DNA of 64,000 nt from Deltaproteobacteria bacterium (GCA_016190375.1 JACPQR010000213.1:3340-67339), one strand, 5' to 3'; shown: positions 33,320 through 43,502, numbered from the stretch's first letter. The notes: a model not told the origin generated them from the letters alone. Translations and numbers: made by a program.

Positions 33320-34783
33320 TTGTCGGTCCCGAGGAATGCTCACGTCACGGGTCCGTTGCGGCACGGCGAGATGCTTGGCCGCTACCGAATACTCGGTCAC
33401 ATCGCAGACGGAGGGATGGCCTCGGTCTACCTCGCCGAGCTCGAAGGGCCGGGTACGTTTCACAAGCACGTCGCCCTCAAGGTGATCCATCCGCACCTCA
33501 GAAGGGATCCGACCTTCGTCAGGATGTTCGGCGACGAGGCGCTCATTGCGGCGCGCCTGCACCATCCGAACATCGTGCAGACGTTCGACCTCGTCGAGTC
33601 CAACGGGCACCTCGCGATCGCGATGGAGTACGCGCCGGGCCTGCCGGTGAGCGCGCTCCGAAACGGCCACCTGATCGATCCCGGGGCCGAGCTGGTCGCG
33701 TACATCGGTGCCGAGGCGGCGGCCGCGCTCGACCATGCGCACAACCTGACCGACGCGCTCGGCCATCCGCTCCACATCGTGCACCGCGACGTCTCGTCGT
33801 CGAACGTGCAGATCGGGCTCGACGGGCGAGTCCGTCTGGTGGACTTCGGTATCGCGCGAGCGAGCGACTGCGCCGTCATGACCACGGCCGGCATGATCAA
33901 GGGGACGCTCGCGTACATCGCCCCCGAGCGATTCACGACCGGAGCGGCCACGCCGCAAACGGACGTGTGGTCCCTCGGCGTGGTTCTCTGGGAGGTCCTC
34001 GCGAGACGCCGGCTCTTCAGACGCCCGACCGACGCCGACACCGCCGCGGCCGTCCTGATGGACGAGGTTCCGCCGCTCCTGCAGATCCGACCGGAGATCC
34101 CGGCCAAGGTGTCCGCGGTCGTCCACCGTGCGATCGAGCGGGACCCGGCCAGGCGGTTCGCCAGCGCCGCCGAGCTCGAGAGCGCCTTGCGCCAGCACCA
34201 CCCGGCCAAGATCGAAGAGGTCCTCGAGCCGCTCCGCGCCGCGCTCGCGCCGTTCCGGCAGGATCAGCTCGGCAGGGTGCGCCGCCTCCTCGGGCGCGGC
34301 GAGCCGGAGGCCGGGACGGTGACGGCCAGCCCTTCGCCCGGCCTCGCGCCCGCCGCGGAGGAGCCCTCGTGGACGCCGGCGCCTGCCCGATGGAATGGAA
34401 AGCGCCGCTTCGTCGCGCTCGCGCTCGTCCTCGTCGCCGTGACCGCGGCCTGGCTTCTGGTTCGAGCGACGCGCACCGACCCGGAGCGGGCGACAGCGCA
34501 GGGCGCCCCGGCGGCGGATTCGAGCTCCGACCCGGGTCGCCGCAAGAGCGCTCGTGAGCGCGCGCCCGACTCGCCTTTGGTCGAATCGACGGCAACCGAG
34601 CCGGGGGCCGACCGACCGACCGCGCCGCCGACCGACCGCGCCGCTCCCCCTCCGGCGACCTCGGTCTCGAGACGGGCCGGCTGGCCGCGCCCCGCCGGGT
34701 TGACCTACGACCACGACGTCTACCGGCGTCGCTCGAAGAACCGGTCGTCAAGGACGGCGGGCCCGGCGACCCCGCGCCCATGA
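33320..34783 (+). CDS. Ser/Thr protein kinase with TM
   Basis: GGMASVY, VALK, HRDVSSSN, DFG, YIAPE; start may be 33371. Confidence 0.92.
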   Translation: MSVPRNAHVTGPLRHGEMLGRYRILGHIADGGMASVYLAELEGPGTFHKHVALKVIHPHLRRDPTFVRMFGDEALIAARLHHPNIVQTFDLVESNGHLAIAMEYAPGLPVSALRNGHLIDPGAELVAYIGAEAAAALDHAHNLTDALGHPLHIVHRDVSSSNVQIGLDGRVRLVDFGIARASDCAVMTTAGMIKGTLAYIAPERFTTGAATPQTDVWSLGVVLWEVLARRRLFRRPTDADTAAAVLMDEVPPLLQIRPEIPAKVSAVVHRAIERDPARRFASAAELESALRQHHPAKIEEVLEPLRAALAPFRQDQLGRVRRLLGRGEPEAGTVTASPSPGLAPAAEEPSWTPAPARWNGKRRFVALALVLVAVTAAWLLVRATRTDPERATAQGAPAADSSSDPGRRKSARERAPDSPLVESTATEPGADRPTAPPTDRAAPPPATSVSRRAGWPRPAGLTYDHDVYRRRSKNRSSRTAGPATPRP

Positions 34784-34789
34784 CATGGA

Positions 34790-35524
34790 TTGCAGCCTGC
34801 TGGCTCCCCGCGGTACCTTCGACGCGTGCGCTGGGCGCTCGCGTGCGCGTTCGTGGGCTGGGTCGCGTCCTGCGGGGGAGGCGGTGTCGAGCCGGCGACG
34901 CTCGAAGTCTTGTCGGTCGAGCCTCGATCGCTGCCGCCCGAGGGCAGTGGGGTCACGATCCTGTACCGCGCGACCCGAAGCGGCTCGGTGCGGGTCGTGT
35001 CGGACGATCTGCCTGGCGAAGAGCCCGTCCTCGTCGAGCAGTCCCGGCCGTACGAGGCGGGAACGATGGGGGGCGTCGAGGTCCCGCGCGCGGGGCTGGC
35101 ACCGGGACCACACCTCGTCTCCGTCGTCCTGAGGCCGGCGGGCGGACGGCCCGACCTCGAGGACACGGCCATCTTCTACATCGGCCCTGCCCAGGACGAC
35201 GCGGACGCGGGCGCCGACGCGGGACCGTCCCCGGGGATCGACGGCGGGGATCCGACCTGCACCGAAGAGTGCGCCGACCAGGGCTTTTCGCAGGTCTGCG
35301 GAGACGACGGTCGCACCTACGACAACCTCTGCCTCATGACCTGCGCGGGCGCGAACCTCGCCTCGACCGGAGCCTGCCAGGCCGAGGTCGACTGCTTCGA
35401 GCAATGCATGAACGACGGTCTGAACCCCGTGTGTGGCGAAGACGGCGTCACCTACGTGAACCAGTGCCACATCGATTGCGAGGGCGTGGCGAAGGACCGC
35501 GACGGTCCCTGCTTCAACTTCTGA
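34790..35524 (+). CDS. Lipoprotein with two Kazal-type domains
   Basis: VASC lipobox; VCGDDGRTYDNLC and VCGEDGVTYVNQC. Confidence 0.85.
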   Translation: MQPAGSPRYLRRVRWALACAFVGWVASCGGGGVEPATLEVLSVEPRSLPPEGSGVTILYRATRSGSVRVVSDDLPGEEPVLVEQSRPYEAGTMGGVEVPRAGLAPGPHLVSVVLRPAGGRPDLEDTAIFYIGPAQDDADAGADAGPSPGIDGGDPTCTEECADQGFSQVCGDDGRTYDNLCLMTCAGANLASTGACQAEVDCFEQCMNDGLNPVCGEDGVTYVNQCHIDCEGVAKDRDGPCFNF

Positions 35525-35530
35525 CCGGCT

Positions 35531-36127
35531 CTACCGATCGGGCACGTCGAGGATCGCGGGGTAGCGCCTCATCCTGAGCTGAAGCGTGCCGGAAGGCGCC
35601 AGGACCAGGACGTACTCCTGACCCGACTTGCGGACGTGCACCTCGAGGGTCGCGCTCCCGCCCGCGGTGCGCTTGAAGGCGTCGGTGACCGTATAGTCGT
35701 CGTGGAAGATCCCCTCGACGGTGCGGGCCGCCGCCGCGGGGAGCGACGCGGGATCGATCGCTTCGTCGACTCGCACGACCATTCCGCTCCGTCTCGCGGT
35801 GACGGCGCAGAACCGCGGCCCCTCGCCGACGTAGACCGCGTAGGCGTCGGCGCCGTCGACCTCGAGCCGCGAGTAGCGGACGCTCCCGTCGCGGTTCGGG
35901 CAGCCCGAACCGCGCAGCGCCCTCACGGCACTCGGCACGCTGTCCATCTCCACCGAGACCTCGGTTTCGGCGAAGTGGACGCCGTCGGTCGACCGAAGGA
36001 CGACCGGGCGACCGGGAACGGCGCCTCCCGTCGCATCCACGAGGCGGGCGGGGAGACGACCCGTCGCGCTGGTGGACGCGCAGGCGACCAGGCCGCCAGA
36101 GACCAGGCACAACACGAGCTCGCGCAT
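35531..36127 (-). CDS. Lipoprotein, PepSY/BLIP-like repeats
   Basis: LVAC lipobox; MDSVPSAVRA and DPASLPAAAART repeats followed by beta hairpins. Confidence 0.6.
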   Translation of the reverse strand: MRELVLCLVSGGLVACASTSATGRLPARLVDATGGAVPGRPVVLRSTDGVHFAETEVSVEMDSVPSAVRALRGSGCPNRDGSVRYSRLEVDGADAYAVYVGEGPRFCAVTARRSGMVVRVDEAIDPASLPAAAARTVEGIFHDDYTVTDAFKRTAGGSATLEVHVRKSGQEYVLVLAPSGTLQLRMRRYPAILDVPDR

Positions 36128-36180
36128 GACCGCCCATTTCCACGAAAGGCAGGCAGTCGTCAAGCTTCGAGAAGGCCCAC

Positions 36181-38157
36181 CTACCTTCCGTGCGGCCGGC
36201 GGGCGCGGTGCCTCCTGCGGGAGATGGCCCGCTGCAGCTCGAAGACCGACGTCCCCGTGATCACCTCGACCTCGCGCTCCATCGCCTGGTAGTTCGTCTT
36301 GTGAACGCGAACGGTCACGAAGTCCGCCACGTCCTCGGGAAGCTCGATGGTCGCCGGCGTCACCGCCTCCTGCAGCGCGCCGTCGATCCATATCGTCGCT
36401 CCTGGCGGGGTCGACTGGATGAGGAGGGTCTTGCGCTCGGGCAGCGCGGGCGCCGGCGGCGGTGGGAGCGGAGGATCGACCACGAGCGGCAGAGCGGCGG
36501 GGGCAATCGAGATGCTGGGAAAGACGGGCAGTGGCGGCGGTGGCGACTTCGCGAGGACCGAGCCTTGCGGCGGAGCGACAGGGGCCAAGGGCTCGGCGGG
36601 GGCGGGCTGGGCGACCGCCGCAGACTGCCCGTCGTTCGTCACCACGGCCACGCCGAGGGCCGCGAGCAGAGCTCCGCCGGCGGCGGCCAGGGCGACGAGC
36701 GCGATGCCTCGCGCCGTGGGCGAGCGCCAGAATCGCGGGATGCGAGTCTCCATCGTCGGCCCGAGCCGCCCCAGGTTCGAGGGCGGCGGGACGTCGATCG
36801 AGCCCGACGAAGAGCCGCGTTGCTTCTTCCCGAGCACCGTGAGAACGGATACGGAGGACTCCTCCGTGCGCTGGGTGGTCGATTGCGTGAGGCCATCGAC
36901 GACGAGGGGCGCGGCCAGGACCGCTCCTGGCAGGGGGGCCATCGGCAACGGCGCCGGCGACGGGGTCAGGGCGTAACCCTGAGCCGTCGCCCCCGCGCCG
37001 CTCGCGGGCTCCGGCGAGTCGACGAAACCCGTCGAGTCCTCCTCGTACGATGGGAAGACAGGAACGCCGAAGTCGTCGTCGTCCTCCGCCCTCGGCTGCG
37101 GCCTGCTCTCGCCGGCCAGCGCCGCGACGACCGAGTCCTCCGGGACCGGGAACTGCAGGTTCGGAGGGGTCGGACCGTCCACGACGATGCGCCTGCCCGC
37201 GGACGGCGCCCGGGCCGATTCGGTGGGAACGGGCTCGGGCACGACGTCGCGGACGAAGTCGCCGAGCCGCGCCATGCTGACGACGAGGTGGTTCGCCGCC
37301 ATGAACTCCTCGAGGTGGAGCTGCACGGTCCTCGCGTCGGGGATGCGTTGCTCGGGCCTCGGCGCGAGGCACCCGAGCACGACGCGCTCGAGCTCTTCCG
37401 GAAAGTCGGCCCGAACGGCGCGCGGGCGCCGGAAGTCGCCGCGAACGATGTGGCCGAGCAGCGAGACCTCGTCGCTCGCCTCGAAGGGATGCACGCCCAG
37501 CACGGCCTCGTAGAGCAGGACTCCGAGCGCGAACACGTCGGAGCGGCGATCGATCGGCGCTTTCCGCGTGAGCTGCTCCGGCGCCATGTAGCCGTACGTG
37601 CCCTTGATGACGCCGGTGCGGGTCTCGTAGACCTTGGTCTTTGCCTTGGCGATCCCGAAGTCGATCAGCTTGACCGCGCCTTCGTACGAGACCACCACGT
37701 TCTGCGGGTTGATGTCGCGGTGGACGATCCCGAGAGGTGTGCCATGCTCATCCCTCTTCTCGTGGATGTAGTGAAGCGCCTCGCAGACGCCGATGAGGAT
37801 CGGAAGGGCGATCCGGAGGGGCAGGCCGCGGCCGCCGCTCTCGTAGATCGTGTCGAGGAGCTTCCCGAGATCGGGTCCCCGCACGTACTCCATCACCAGG
37901 AAGAAGCAGTCGTCTTCCTTCCCGAGCTCGTAGATCTGGGCGATGTTCGGATGAACGAGCGTCGCCACGATCCGGGCCTCGTCGAGGAACATCGTGACGA
38001 ACTCGGCGTCTCTTGCTCGGTGCTGCAGGATGCGCTTGATGACGACCGTTCGCTCGACGCCCTCCATGCCCTCTTGGCGCGCCAGGAAGATCTCCGCCAT
38101 GCCCCCGGTGGCGAGCTTGCGGAGAATCTGGTACCGCCCGACCTGGGAGGACGACAT
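36181..38157 (-). CDS. Ser/Thr protein kinase, TM, PEGA domain
   Basis: GGMAEIF, HRDINPQN, DFG, YMAPE; IQSTPPGATIWIDG. Confidence 0.94.
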   Translation of the reverse strand: MSSSQVGRYQILRKLATGGMAEIFLARQEGMEGVERTVVIKRILQHRARDAEFVTMFLDEARIVATLVHPNIAQIYELGKEDDCFFLVMEYVRGPDLGKLLDTIYESGGRGLPLRIALPILIGVCEALHYIHEKRDEHGTPLGIVHRDINPQNVVVSYEGAVKLIDFGIAKAKTKVYETRTGVIKGTYGYMAPEQLTRKAPIDRRSDVFALGVLLYEAVLGVHPFEASDEVSLLGHIVRGDFRRPRAVRADFPEELERVVLGCLAPRPEQRIPDARTVQLHLEEFMAANHLVVSMARLGDFVRDVVPEPVPTESARAPSAGRRIVVDGPTPPNLQFPVPEDSVVAALAGESRPQPRAEDDDDFGVPVFPSYEEDSTGFVDSPEPASGAGATAQGYALTPSPAPLPMAPLPGAVLAAPLVVDGLTQSTTQRTEESSVSVLTVLGKKQRGSSSGSIDVPPPSNLGRLGPTMETRIPRFWRSPTARGIALVALAAAGGALLAALGVAVVTNDGQSAAVAQPAPAEPLAPVAPPQGSVLAKSPPPPLPVFPSISIAPAALPLVVDPPLPPPPAPALPERKTLLIQSTPPGATIWIDGALQEAVTPATIELPEDVADFVTVRVHKTNYQAMEREVEVITGTSVFELQRAISRRRHRARRPHGR

Positions 38158-38244
38158 CGCTATTCTCGCCGGATGTTACCGAAGAACATCCGGGCGCCAC
38201 AAACGTATAACCTGCTGACGTCTGCACGGAAGGAGAGTTCCACG

Positions 38245-38997
38245 ATGCTTCTTCGCTCCGCCATCGTCGCCGTCGGGGTTCTCGGGTTCGCGGGAGTCGC
38301 GCAAGCCCGCTCGGTTCCTCTGGATCGCGCCCGCGACGCCAACGTCTCCGTGGACCTCGTCTCTCCCGGCGGTTACCACGAGGTCACCGTGACCCTCCGT
38401 AACCGGGGCGAGGACCCGGTCACGATCACCGGGCTTCCGGGGATGGTCCTCGAAAACCGCAACCAGTCCGAGCAGGATCTGACCTTCTCCGGCCCCCTCA
38501 ACCTCGCGGTGGGGCCTGGGCAGTCGGTCACCAACACCGTGGGAGTCTACTGCATCCGGCCCGACCGGTCCTCCCCGAGCGCGGGAGCCCGCTTCGACGT
38601 CGGTCAATTCGACAGTGGTCTCGCGGACATGATGCGCGGCAGGAGCTCGGCCAGGGCCGACGGGTCCACCCAGTCGGCGGTCTGGGATTTCATGCGCAAT
38701 CGAAACGTGGTCCAGCCTCGACCCGCCCAGCTCCAGTGCGTCGGGCCCGATGGCGGCCTCCGCATCTGCGTGAACCCGAATGCGACACCGGTCCAGAATG
38801 CGCCGAATGTCGCACCCATGCCCCCCACTCCCACTCAGATTCCGATCATCCAGCTCCCCGAGCCGGTCCCGACCCCGCCCCCCGCTGCCCCGATCGTCCG
38901 GCGCCAGAGGCCGCGGCACCACCCCCAGCGGCCTCAGGCTCCCATCGGTCAGCCCGATCCCCGGACGCCGCAGGGCCTGGTGATCGAGGACGACTGA
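38245..38997 (+). CDS. Secreted protein with thioester-domain/ARPP-1-like motifs and Pro-rich tail
   Basis: AAGGAG RBS, signal peptide, VYCIRPDRSSP, TQSAVW. Confidence 0.6.
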   Translation: MLLRSAIVAVGVLGFAGVAQARSVPLDRARDANVSVDLVSPGGYHEVTVTLRNRGEDPVTITGLPGMVLENRNQSEQDLTFSGPLNLAVGPGQSVTNTVGVYCIRPDRSSPSAGARFDVGQFDSGLADMMRGRSSARADGSTQSAVWDFMRNRNVVQPRPAQLQCVGPDGGLRICVNPNATPVQNAPNVAPMPPTPTQIPIIQLPEPVPTPPPAAPIVRRQRPRHHPQRPQAPIGQPDPRTPQGLVIEDD

Positions 38998-40551
38998 TCA
39001 GCGGCCCGACGGCGCCAGATCTCGAGCAATCTCCCGCGCAACGCGCAGCCCGCTGCGAACCGCTCCTTCGGAGTGAGCGTTGAGCGTGTAGTCTCCGGCG
39101 AGCCAGAGCCCCATCTCGGGAGCGCGAAGCGCATCTCCCCCTTCGTCGATCGGCGAGCGACCGGGCGGCCAGATGGGAATCGCGGCGGGGTGATGGGAGT
39201 AGGCGTGGGTCTCGCGCACGTGGCCAGAGAAGCCGGGCCACAGCCGGTCGAGCTCGGCGAGCGCCTCGCGCACCTTCTGCTCGCGCGGCGCCATGTGCCA
39301 GGCGTTCGCCGCCATCCCGTACACGAGGAGGCTGAAGACCTGCAGGGGCTGCGAGTCCGGCGTCGTCTCGTTGATGCCGTAGATCACACCGAGGGGCCCG
39401 CGCGACAGGACCGGGAAGGGGTTGCCTCCGTCTCCGCCCCATAGCGAGTCGATCTGCTTGTCGACGAGGAAGTGGACGACGGTGTACTGACCGCGCATCA
39501 ACGTGCGGATCGCCTGCCACTTCTCCTCGGACAGCGGAGGCTCCGTCAGGATCTGGTGCAGGCGCACGAAGGGAACGGCGAGCACGACGCGCTCGCCCTC
39601 GACCGAGCTCAGCACGTGGTCCTTGACGTATTGCACGCGCACCCGGGTCGCGCCGTCGGAGCCCCGGGTCCGCAGGGCCTGCGTCACCGTCGCGCCGAGG
39701 GTCTTTTCGCCACGGATCGCGCCGACGAGCGCATCGATGACTCGCTGGTTGCCCCCCTGCACGTGATAGTTCGGCGCGCCGTCGCCGAAGAACACCTCGA
39801 ATTCGAGCAGTCCGATGAGCGCGCTGAACTGCTCCCAGTCCGCGGCGAGCTCGCACTCGATGGTGAGACGCAGGAACTCGGCGACGCGCGGTGGGACGCC
39901 CGACTGGTCGATCCAGGTCTTGAAGGAGATGCCCTCGAGATCGCGCACGTAGCCGTCGCGCAAACCTGCCGTCTTCGCGAGGTGGTGAAGTCGCTCGGCG
40001 TTCCCGAGCCAGTCGCGAAGCGCCTGCCTCTCGTCCGGCCGGAGGAACGACGCGAAGTACTCGTCGGGCGTGTCTTGCAGGAAGGGCACGACGCGGCCGT
40101 CGAGGATGATGCTGGAGAAGGCCGGCTCGGCCTCGCCTTCGATCGGGACGTGGAGCTCGCGGGCGACCTCGAGCAGCGGGTTCGTCGCCCAGACCTCCTG
40201 CATCCCGAACTCGGCGTGAAGGTCCGGCGCGTAGTACGCGGTCGTCACCCGGCCTCCCCAGACGTCCGTCGCCTCGAGGACATGCGTCTCGATTCCCGAC
40301 TTCTCGAGCTCGTACGCCGTGACCAGGCCCGCGAGGCCCCCGCCGACCACCACGACCCGCGCGTGCGACACGCTGCCCGCGGGCCTCGCAGGAAGCTGGC
40401 GAACGACCTTGGCCGACCCGGGCCCGGCCTCGGGCATCGGGCGCTCGCTCTCGCGCCGGGTCTCCGGGTGCCCGCATGCGAGAGCGAGCAGGAGCGAGAA
40501 CGCAGGTGCGGTGAAAAAGGATGACCGGACCGCAGCCGTCAGGCTGGACAT
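38998..40551 (-). CDS. Flavin monoamine oxidase family protein, probable lipoprotein
   Basis: GGGLAGL, LEATDVWGGR, LAGDYT...EGAVRSG; LALAC lipobox. Confidence 0.9.
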   Translation of the reverse strand: MSSLTAAVRSSFFTAPAFSLLLALACGHPETRRESERPMPEAGPGSAKVVRQLPARPAGSVSHARVVVVGGGLAGLVTAYELEKSGIETHVLEATDVWGGRVTTAYYAPDLHAEFGMQEVWATNPLLEVARELHVPIEGEAEPAFSSIILDGRVVPFLQDTPDEYFASFLRPDERQALRDWLGNAERLHHLAKTAGLRDGYVRDLEGISFKTWIDQSGVPPRVAEFLRLTIECELAADWEQFSALIGLLEFEVFFGDGAPNYHVQGGNQRVIDALVGAIRGEKTLGATVTQALRTRGSDGATRVRVQYVKDHVLSSVEGERVVLAVPFVRLHQILTEPPLSEEKWQAIRTLMRGQYTVVHFLVDKQIDSLWGGDGGNPFPVLSRGPLGVIYGINETTPDSQPLQVFSLLVYGMAANAWHMAPREQKVREALAELDRLWPGFSGHVRETHAYSHHPAAIPIWPPGRSPIDEGGDALRAPEMGLWLAGDYTLNAHSEGAVRSGLRVAREIARDLAPSGR

Positions 40552-40682
40552 GCCGTGACGTTCGCGTGCGGCGGGATCCGGTGTCAAGCGACGGCCGGCA
40601 GGCGGCGCCGCGCGGGGCGTTCTGCCCCACGGCGACATCGGCGCCACAGCTCGGCCATCACGCTCGCGCCGGCGACAGGCCG

Positions 40683-41333
40683 TCAGCGTTCGCGCAAGAT
40701 GCCCTCCTCGAACGGCGCGGTCTTGCGCAACTCGCCCTCGAGCGCGCGGAGCCATGGTGCGGCGCCCTGCCTGTCCATGCCCGGTCTGTTCTTCAGCGCC
40801 GCCCCGAGGGCGCCCGCGGATGCGGCGAGGACGCCCGCGCAGAGCGAGGTGAGGGCCGCGGCCGGACCGCCCCAGAAGACCCAGCCGACCAGCGCTCCTG
40901 CGGCGGCCGCGATCGCGCCCCAGCGAATGGCACCGCGAAGGACGTCCGCGTCGGCGATCTCGCACGAAGCGTCAGCCAACCGGAGCCCGCCGGCTCTCCT
41001 CGCCTCGCCGGGAATCTCCGCGTCGCCCGTGAAGTCGGGCTGCGTCCGAAGCTCGCTGTGCGACCAGCCGATGACGATCGCCGGATTCCGTCCTCTCTCC
41101 AGGCTCCAGACGACCGGCAAGGGGACGAGCACTCGCTTTCGCGAAGCTCGTCCCGTCTCGTGGACCCGGACGACGAAGAAGGTCACGCTGCCGTGCTCGT
41201 CCACGATCGCACCTTCGACGCGTCCGAGCACCTGCCTGCGCGGACCGCGCGAATCGACGACGGGGGCCGTGAGCGGCCTCAGGGCCGCAGGCAGCACGCT
41301 GGCGATCCGCGTGATCGTCCTCAGGCGCCTCAT
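40683..41333 (-). CDS. PRC-barrel-like membrane protein
   Basis: LGRVEGAIVDEHGSVTFFVV...VLVP then two TM helices; ATGA overlap. Confidence 0.55.
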   Translation of the reverse strand: MRRLRTITRIASVLPAALRPLTAPVVDSRGPRRQVLGRVEGAIVDEHGSVTFFVVRVHETGRASRKRVLVPLPVVWSLERGRNPAIVIGWSHSELRTQPDFTGDAEIPGEARRAGGLRLADASCEIADADVLRGAIRWGAIAAAAGALVGWVFWGGPAAALTSLCAGVLAASAGALGAALKNRPGMDRQGAAPWLRALEGELRKTAPFEEGILRER

Positions 41334-41806
41334 GGACCCAGGAGGCTGCGCAGCGAAGCACACGCTTGTAGTGTGTCGAACTGCTCGGGCAGGAGCTGAC
41401 GTCGGATGAGCTCGCGCACCCTGGGCTCGCATCGCTCGAGGTTCTCCGAGTAGAGCCTCGTGCTCCGGTCCTCACCTTCGACCAGCGCGGTAACGGCCTC
41501 GCGAGCAGCCAGGAGATTCGTTCCCGAGCGCTCCACACTCCCGACCGCGTCCCAGGCCCGCACGCTCCGCGGTGGATCCCCGCCGGCCGCGACGAGCTCG
41601 CTCCAGACCATGATGGCCCGCCGCTCGTGGCTGTCGTGCATCATGCGGAGCAGGCTCGCCAGCTCCACGTCCCGAGTTCGTCGGAGCGCGATCTCGTAGC
41701 TCTCCGCCGCCGCGAGCTCGGCCTCGAGGCACTCTCGCAGCTTGGCGATCGAGCCCTCCCTGCAGCCATCGTGATCCGCTTGCTCGTTTGGCTGCACTCC
41801 TCCCAC
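41330..41806 (-). CDS. Ferritin-like DUF2383 family protein
   Basis: LRECLEAELAAAESY...HERR...GEDRSTRLY four-helix pattern; start may be 41797. Confidence 0.75.
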   Translation of the reverse strand: MGGVQPNEQADHDGCREGSIAKLRECLEAELAAAESYEIALRRTRDVELASLLRMMHDSHERRAIMVWSELVAAGGDPPRSVRAWDAVGSVERSGTNLLAAREAVTALVEGEDRSTRLYSENLERCEPRVRELIRRQLLPEQFDTLQACASLRSLLGP

Positions 41807-41823
41807 CTCCGCCGCCTCGAAGG

Positions 41824-41839
41824 TGCAAGAAGTCGGCCG
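41824..41839 (-). promoter_or_regulatory. Possible sigma54 -24/-12 promoter
   Basis: Minus strand CGGCCGACTTCTTGCA (GG-N10-GC) upstream of the DUF2383 gene. Confidence 0.5.
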
Positions 41840-41881
41840 ATCCGCCCCTGGCGCAACGCTCGGGGAGGACGCGTAACGCGT

Positions 41882-43159
41882 CTACTGCGCGCCAAGTGAG
41901 CGCAATCGCGCCCTGACCGCCGCGGCGTCCAGCGCTGTCGGGTTCGCCACGAGATACGTGCGATAGGCGCGGATGGCCGCCTTGGTGTTGCGAAGGGCCA
42001 TGTTGGCGTCGCCCAGACCGCGGTACGCGGCGGGGATCGTCGGAACGAGGTGGTTGGCCTCGCTGAAGAGCTCGAGCGCCTCGGCGTGCCGGCCCGCCCG
42101 CAGCGCGGCGCGTGCCCTCGCGATCGCGTCGAGCGCACGCTCGCGCGGTGGGCGCTCGTCCCTGACGGCGCGAGCGCCCTGCCCGGCGTCCGGGACCGCC
42201 GCCGCCTCTTCGGGCTCCGATCCGCTCGCCTCCGAGGTCGACGACGCGACCGCGCCGACACCCGCGTCCGCTGCGGCGTCGGGCTGGTTGTCCCCGCCGT
42301 CCGGAGCCGCGACCGCGACGGGCGGCTCGCCGGCGGCGCCTCCGTCGGGAGGCTCGCCAATCGCGCGGTAGACGAGGTCGATCCGCGCGGTGCGGCCGGC
42401 GACGACCCGGACGTCCGTGAACATCTTCCTCTGCGTCGGATGCCACGCCTGAACACGGTAGCCGCCCGAAGGAACGCCTTCGATCCGGAAGCGTCCGCGG
42501 GCGTCCGTAACGGCGTGATACGGGTGTCGCGAGACGAGCAGATGCCCGACCAGCCACGGGTGACCCAGCGAGCAGTCGATCCGGCGGCCGCCGGGACGAT
42601 CGAGACGGAACTCGGCCGTCTGACCGGCCAGCAGGCGCTGCTTCGCGGTCGCGGGCTTGTCGCCGTCACCCAGCCCGCAGAAGTACGCGTGGGAATCGGC
42701 GTTGCGGATCCTGAGCGTGTCGCCCGCTGTCGCATCGTTGACGTAGGGATGCAGCACGCAACCCTCGATCACCGCGTCGCGCGTTCGTTGCGGAGCCTGG
42801 CTCGACGCCGCGGCGCCTTCGACCATGACGAAGACGTCCGCCATGCCGCCCTCGGCTGCTCGCGCCACCGAGACCTCGTAGGCGGCCTCTGCGGCCCGAC
42901 ATTCGTTGGCGCGCGGCCCGGTGAGCTTGACCGCCAGGGGCGGCGGAGGTTGTCCCTCGAAGCGCACGATCCCATCGATCGAGCCAGGACCCTTGCTGGG
43001 CGCGGGGGCCGGCCTTCGCTTCGTGGGCCGTGGCGCAGGCGCCGCCGCCTCTGGAGCCGAGCAGCTCGCGGCGAGCACGGCGAAGAGGCACAGCGAGATC
43101 CTGGCGGCGGCCGAGCGGCCCGGAGAAGCGGTCGGGCAGCGGATCCTGGCGATTTCCAT
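41882..43159 (-). CDS. Lipoprotein: cupredoxin-like and carboxypeptidase-regulatory-like domains plus TPR
   Basis: LAASC lipobox; CSLGHPWL, HPYHAVTDARGRFRIEGVP..AWHP; C-terminal TPR. Confidence 0.75.
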   Translation of the reverse strand: MEIARIRCPTASPGRSAAARISLCLFAVLAASCSAPEAAAPAPRPTKRRPAPAPSKGPGSIDGIVRFEGQPPPPLAVKLTGPRANECRAAEAAYEVSVARAAEGGMADVFVMVEGAAASSQAPQRTRDAVIEGCVLHPYVNDATAGDTLRIRNADSHAYFCGLGDGDKPATAKQRLLAGQTAEFRLDRPGGRRIDCSLGHPWLVGHLLVSRHPYHAVTDARGRFRIEGVPSGGYRVQAWHPTQRKMFTDVRVVAGRTARIDLVYRAIGEPPDGGAAGEPPVAVAAPDGGDNQPDAAADAGVGAVASSTSEASGSEPEEAAAVPDAGQGARAVRDERPPRERALDAIARARAALRAGRHAEALELFSEANHLVPTIPAAYRGLGDANMALRNTKAAIRAYRTYLVANPTALDAAAVRARLRSLGAQ

Positions 43160-43190
43160 CGAGACGGCGTTCGGGTTCGCGCCGGAGATT

Positions 43191-43502
43191 CTAGATCATC
43201 GCGAGCCCGAGGGCCCGGCACTCCGAGGCCAGGACGCCTGGCGAGGGCAGCGGGACCGTGCGTCCCGTGCGCCCGGCGATCTCGCTGGCGGCGGCGTGGA
43301 CCTCGCGCGCGTTCGGCACGTCGGTCGAGATGGCCGACACCTGGCACCGGGCCTTCGCCAGAGTGTGGGCGGCGACCGCCAGGCTCCCGGTCTCGTCCAG
43401 GAGGATCAGGTAACGGCTACGGTTTTCCAGGAGCCACTCGAGCCATTCACTTGCTGCCATCTGCGCCAGTCTCCATTCTTCTATTCGGTCACCGGCTGCC
43501 AC
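43191..43502 (-). CDS. Small hypothetical protein
   Basis: 103-aa ORF with protein-like composition filling the gap after murB; start may be ATG 43460. Confidence 0.6.
   Translation of the reverse strand: MAAGDRIEEWRLAQMAASEWLEWLLENRSRYLILLDETGSLAVAAHTLAKARCQVSAISTDVPNAREVHAAASEIAGRTGRTVPLPSPGVLASECRALGLAMI

Noticed and set aside
33359..33376. sigma54-like GGCACG...TGC before the second kinase
   Set aside because: Spacing is GG-N11-GC rather than the required N10.
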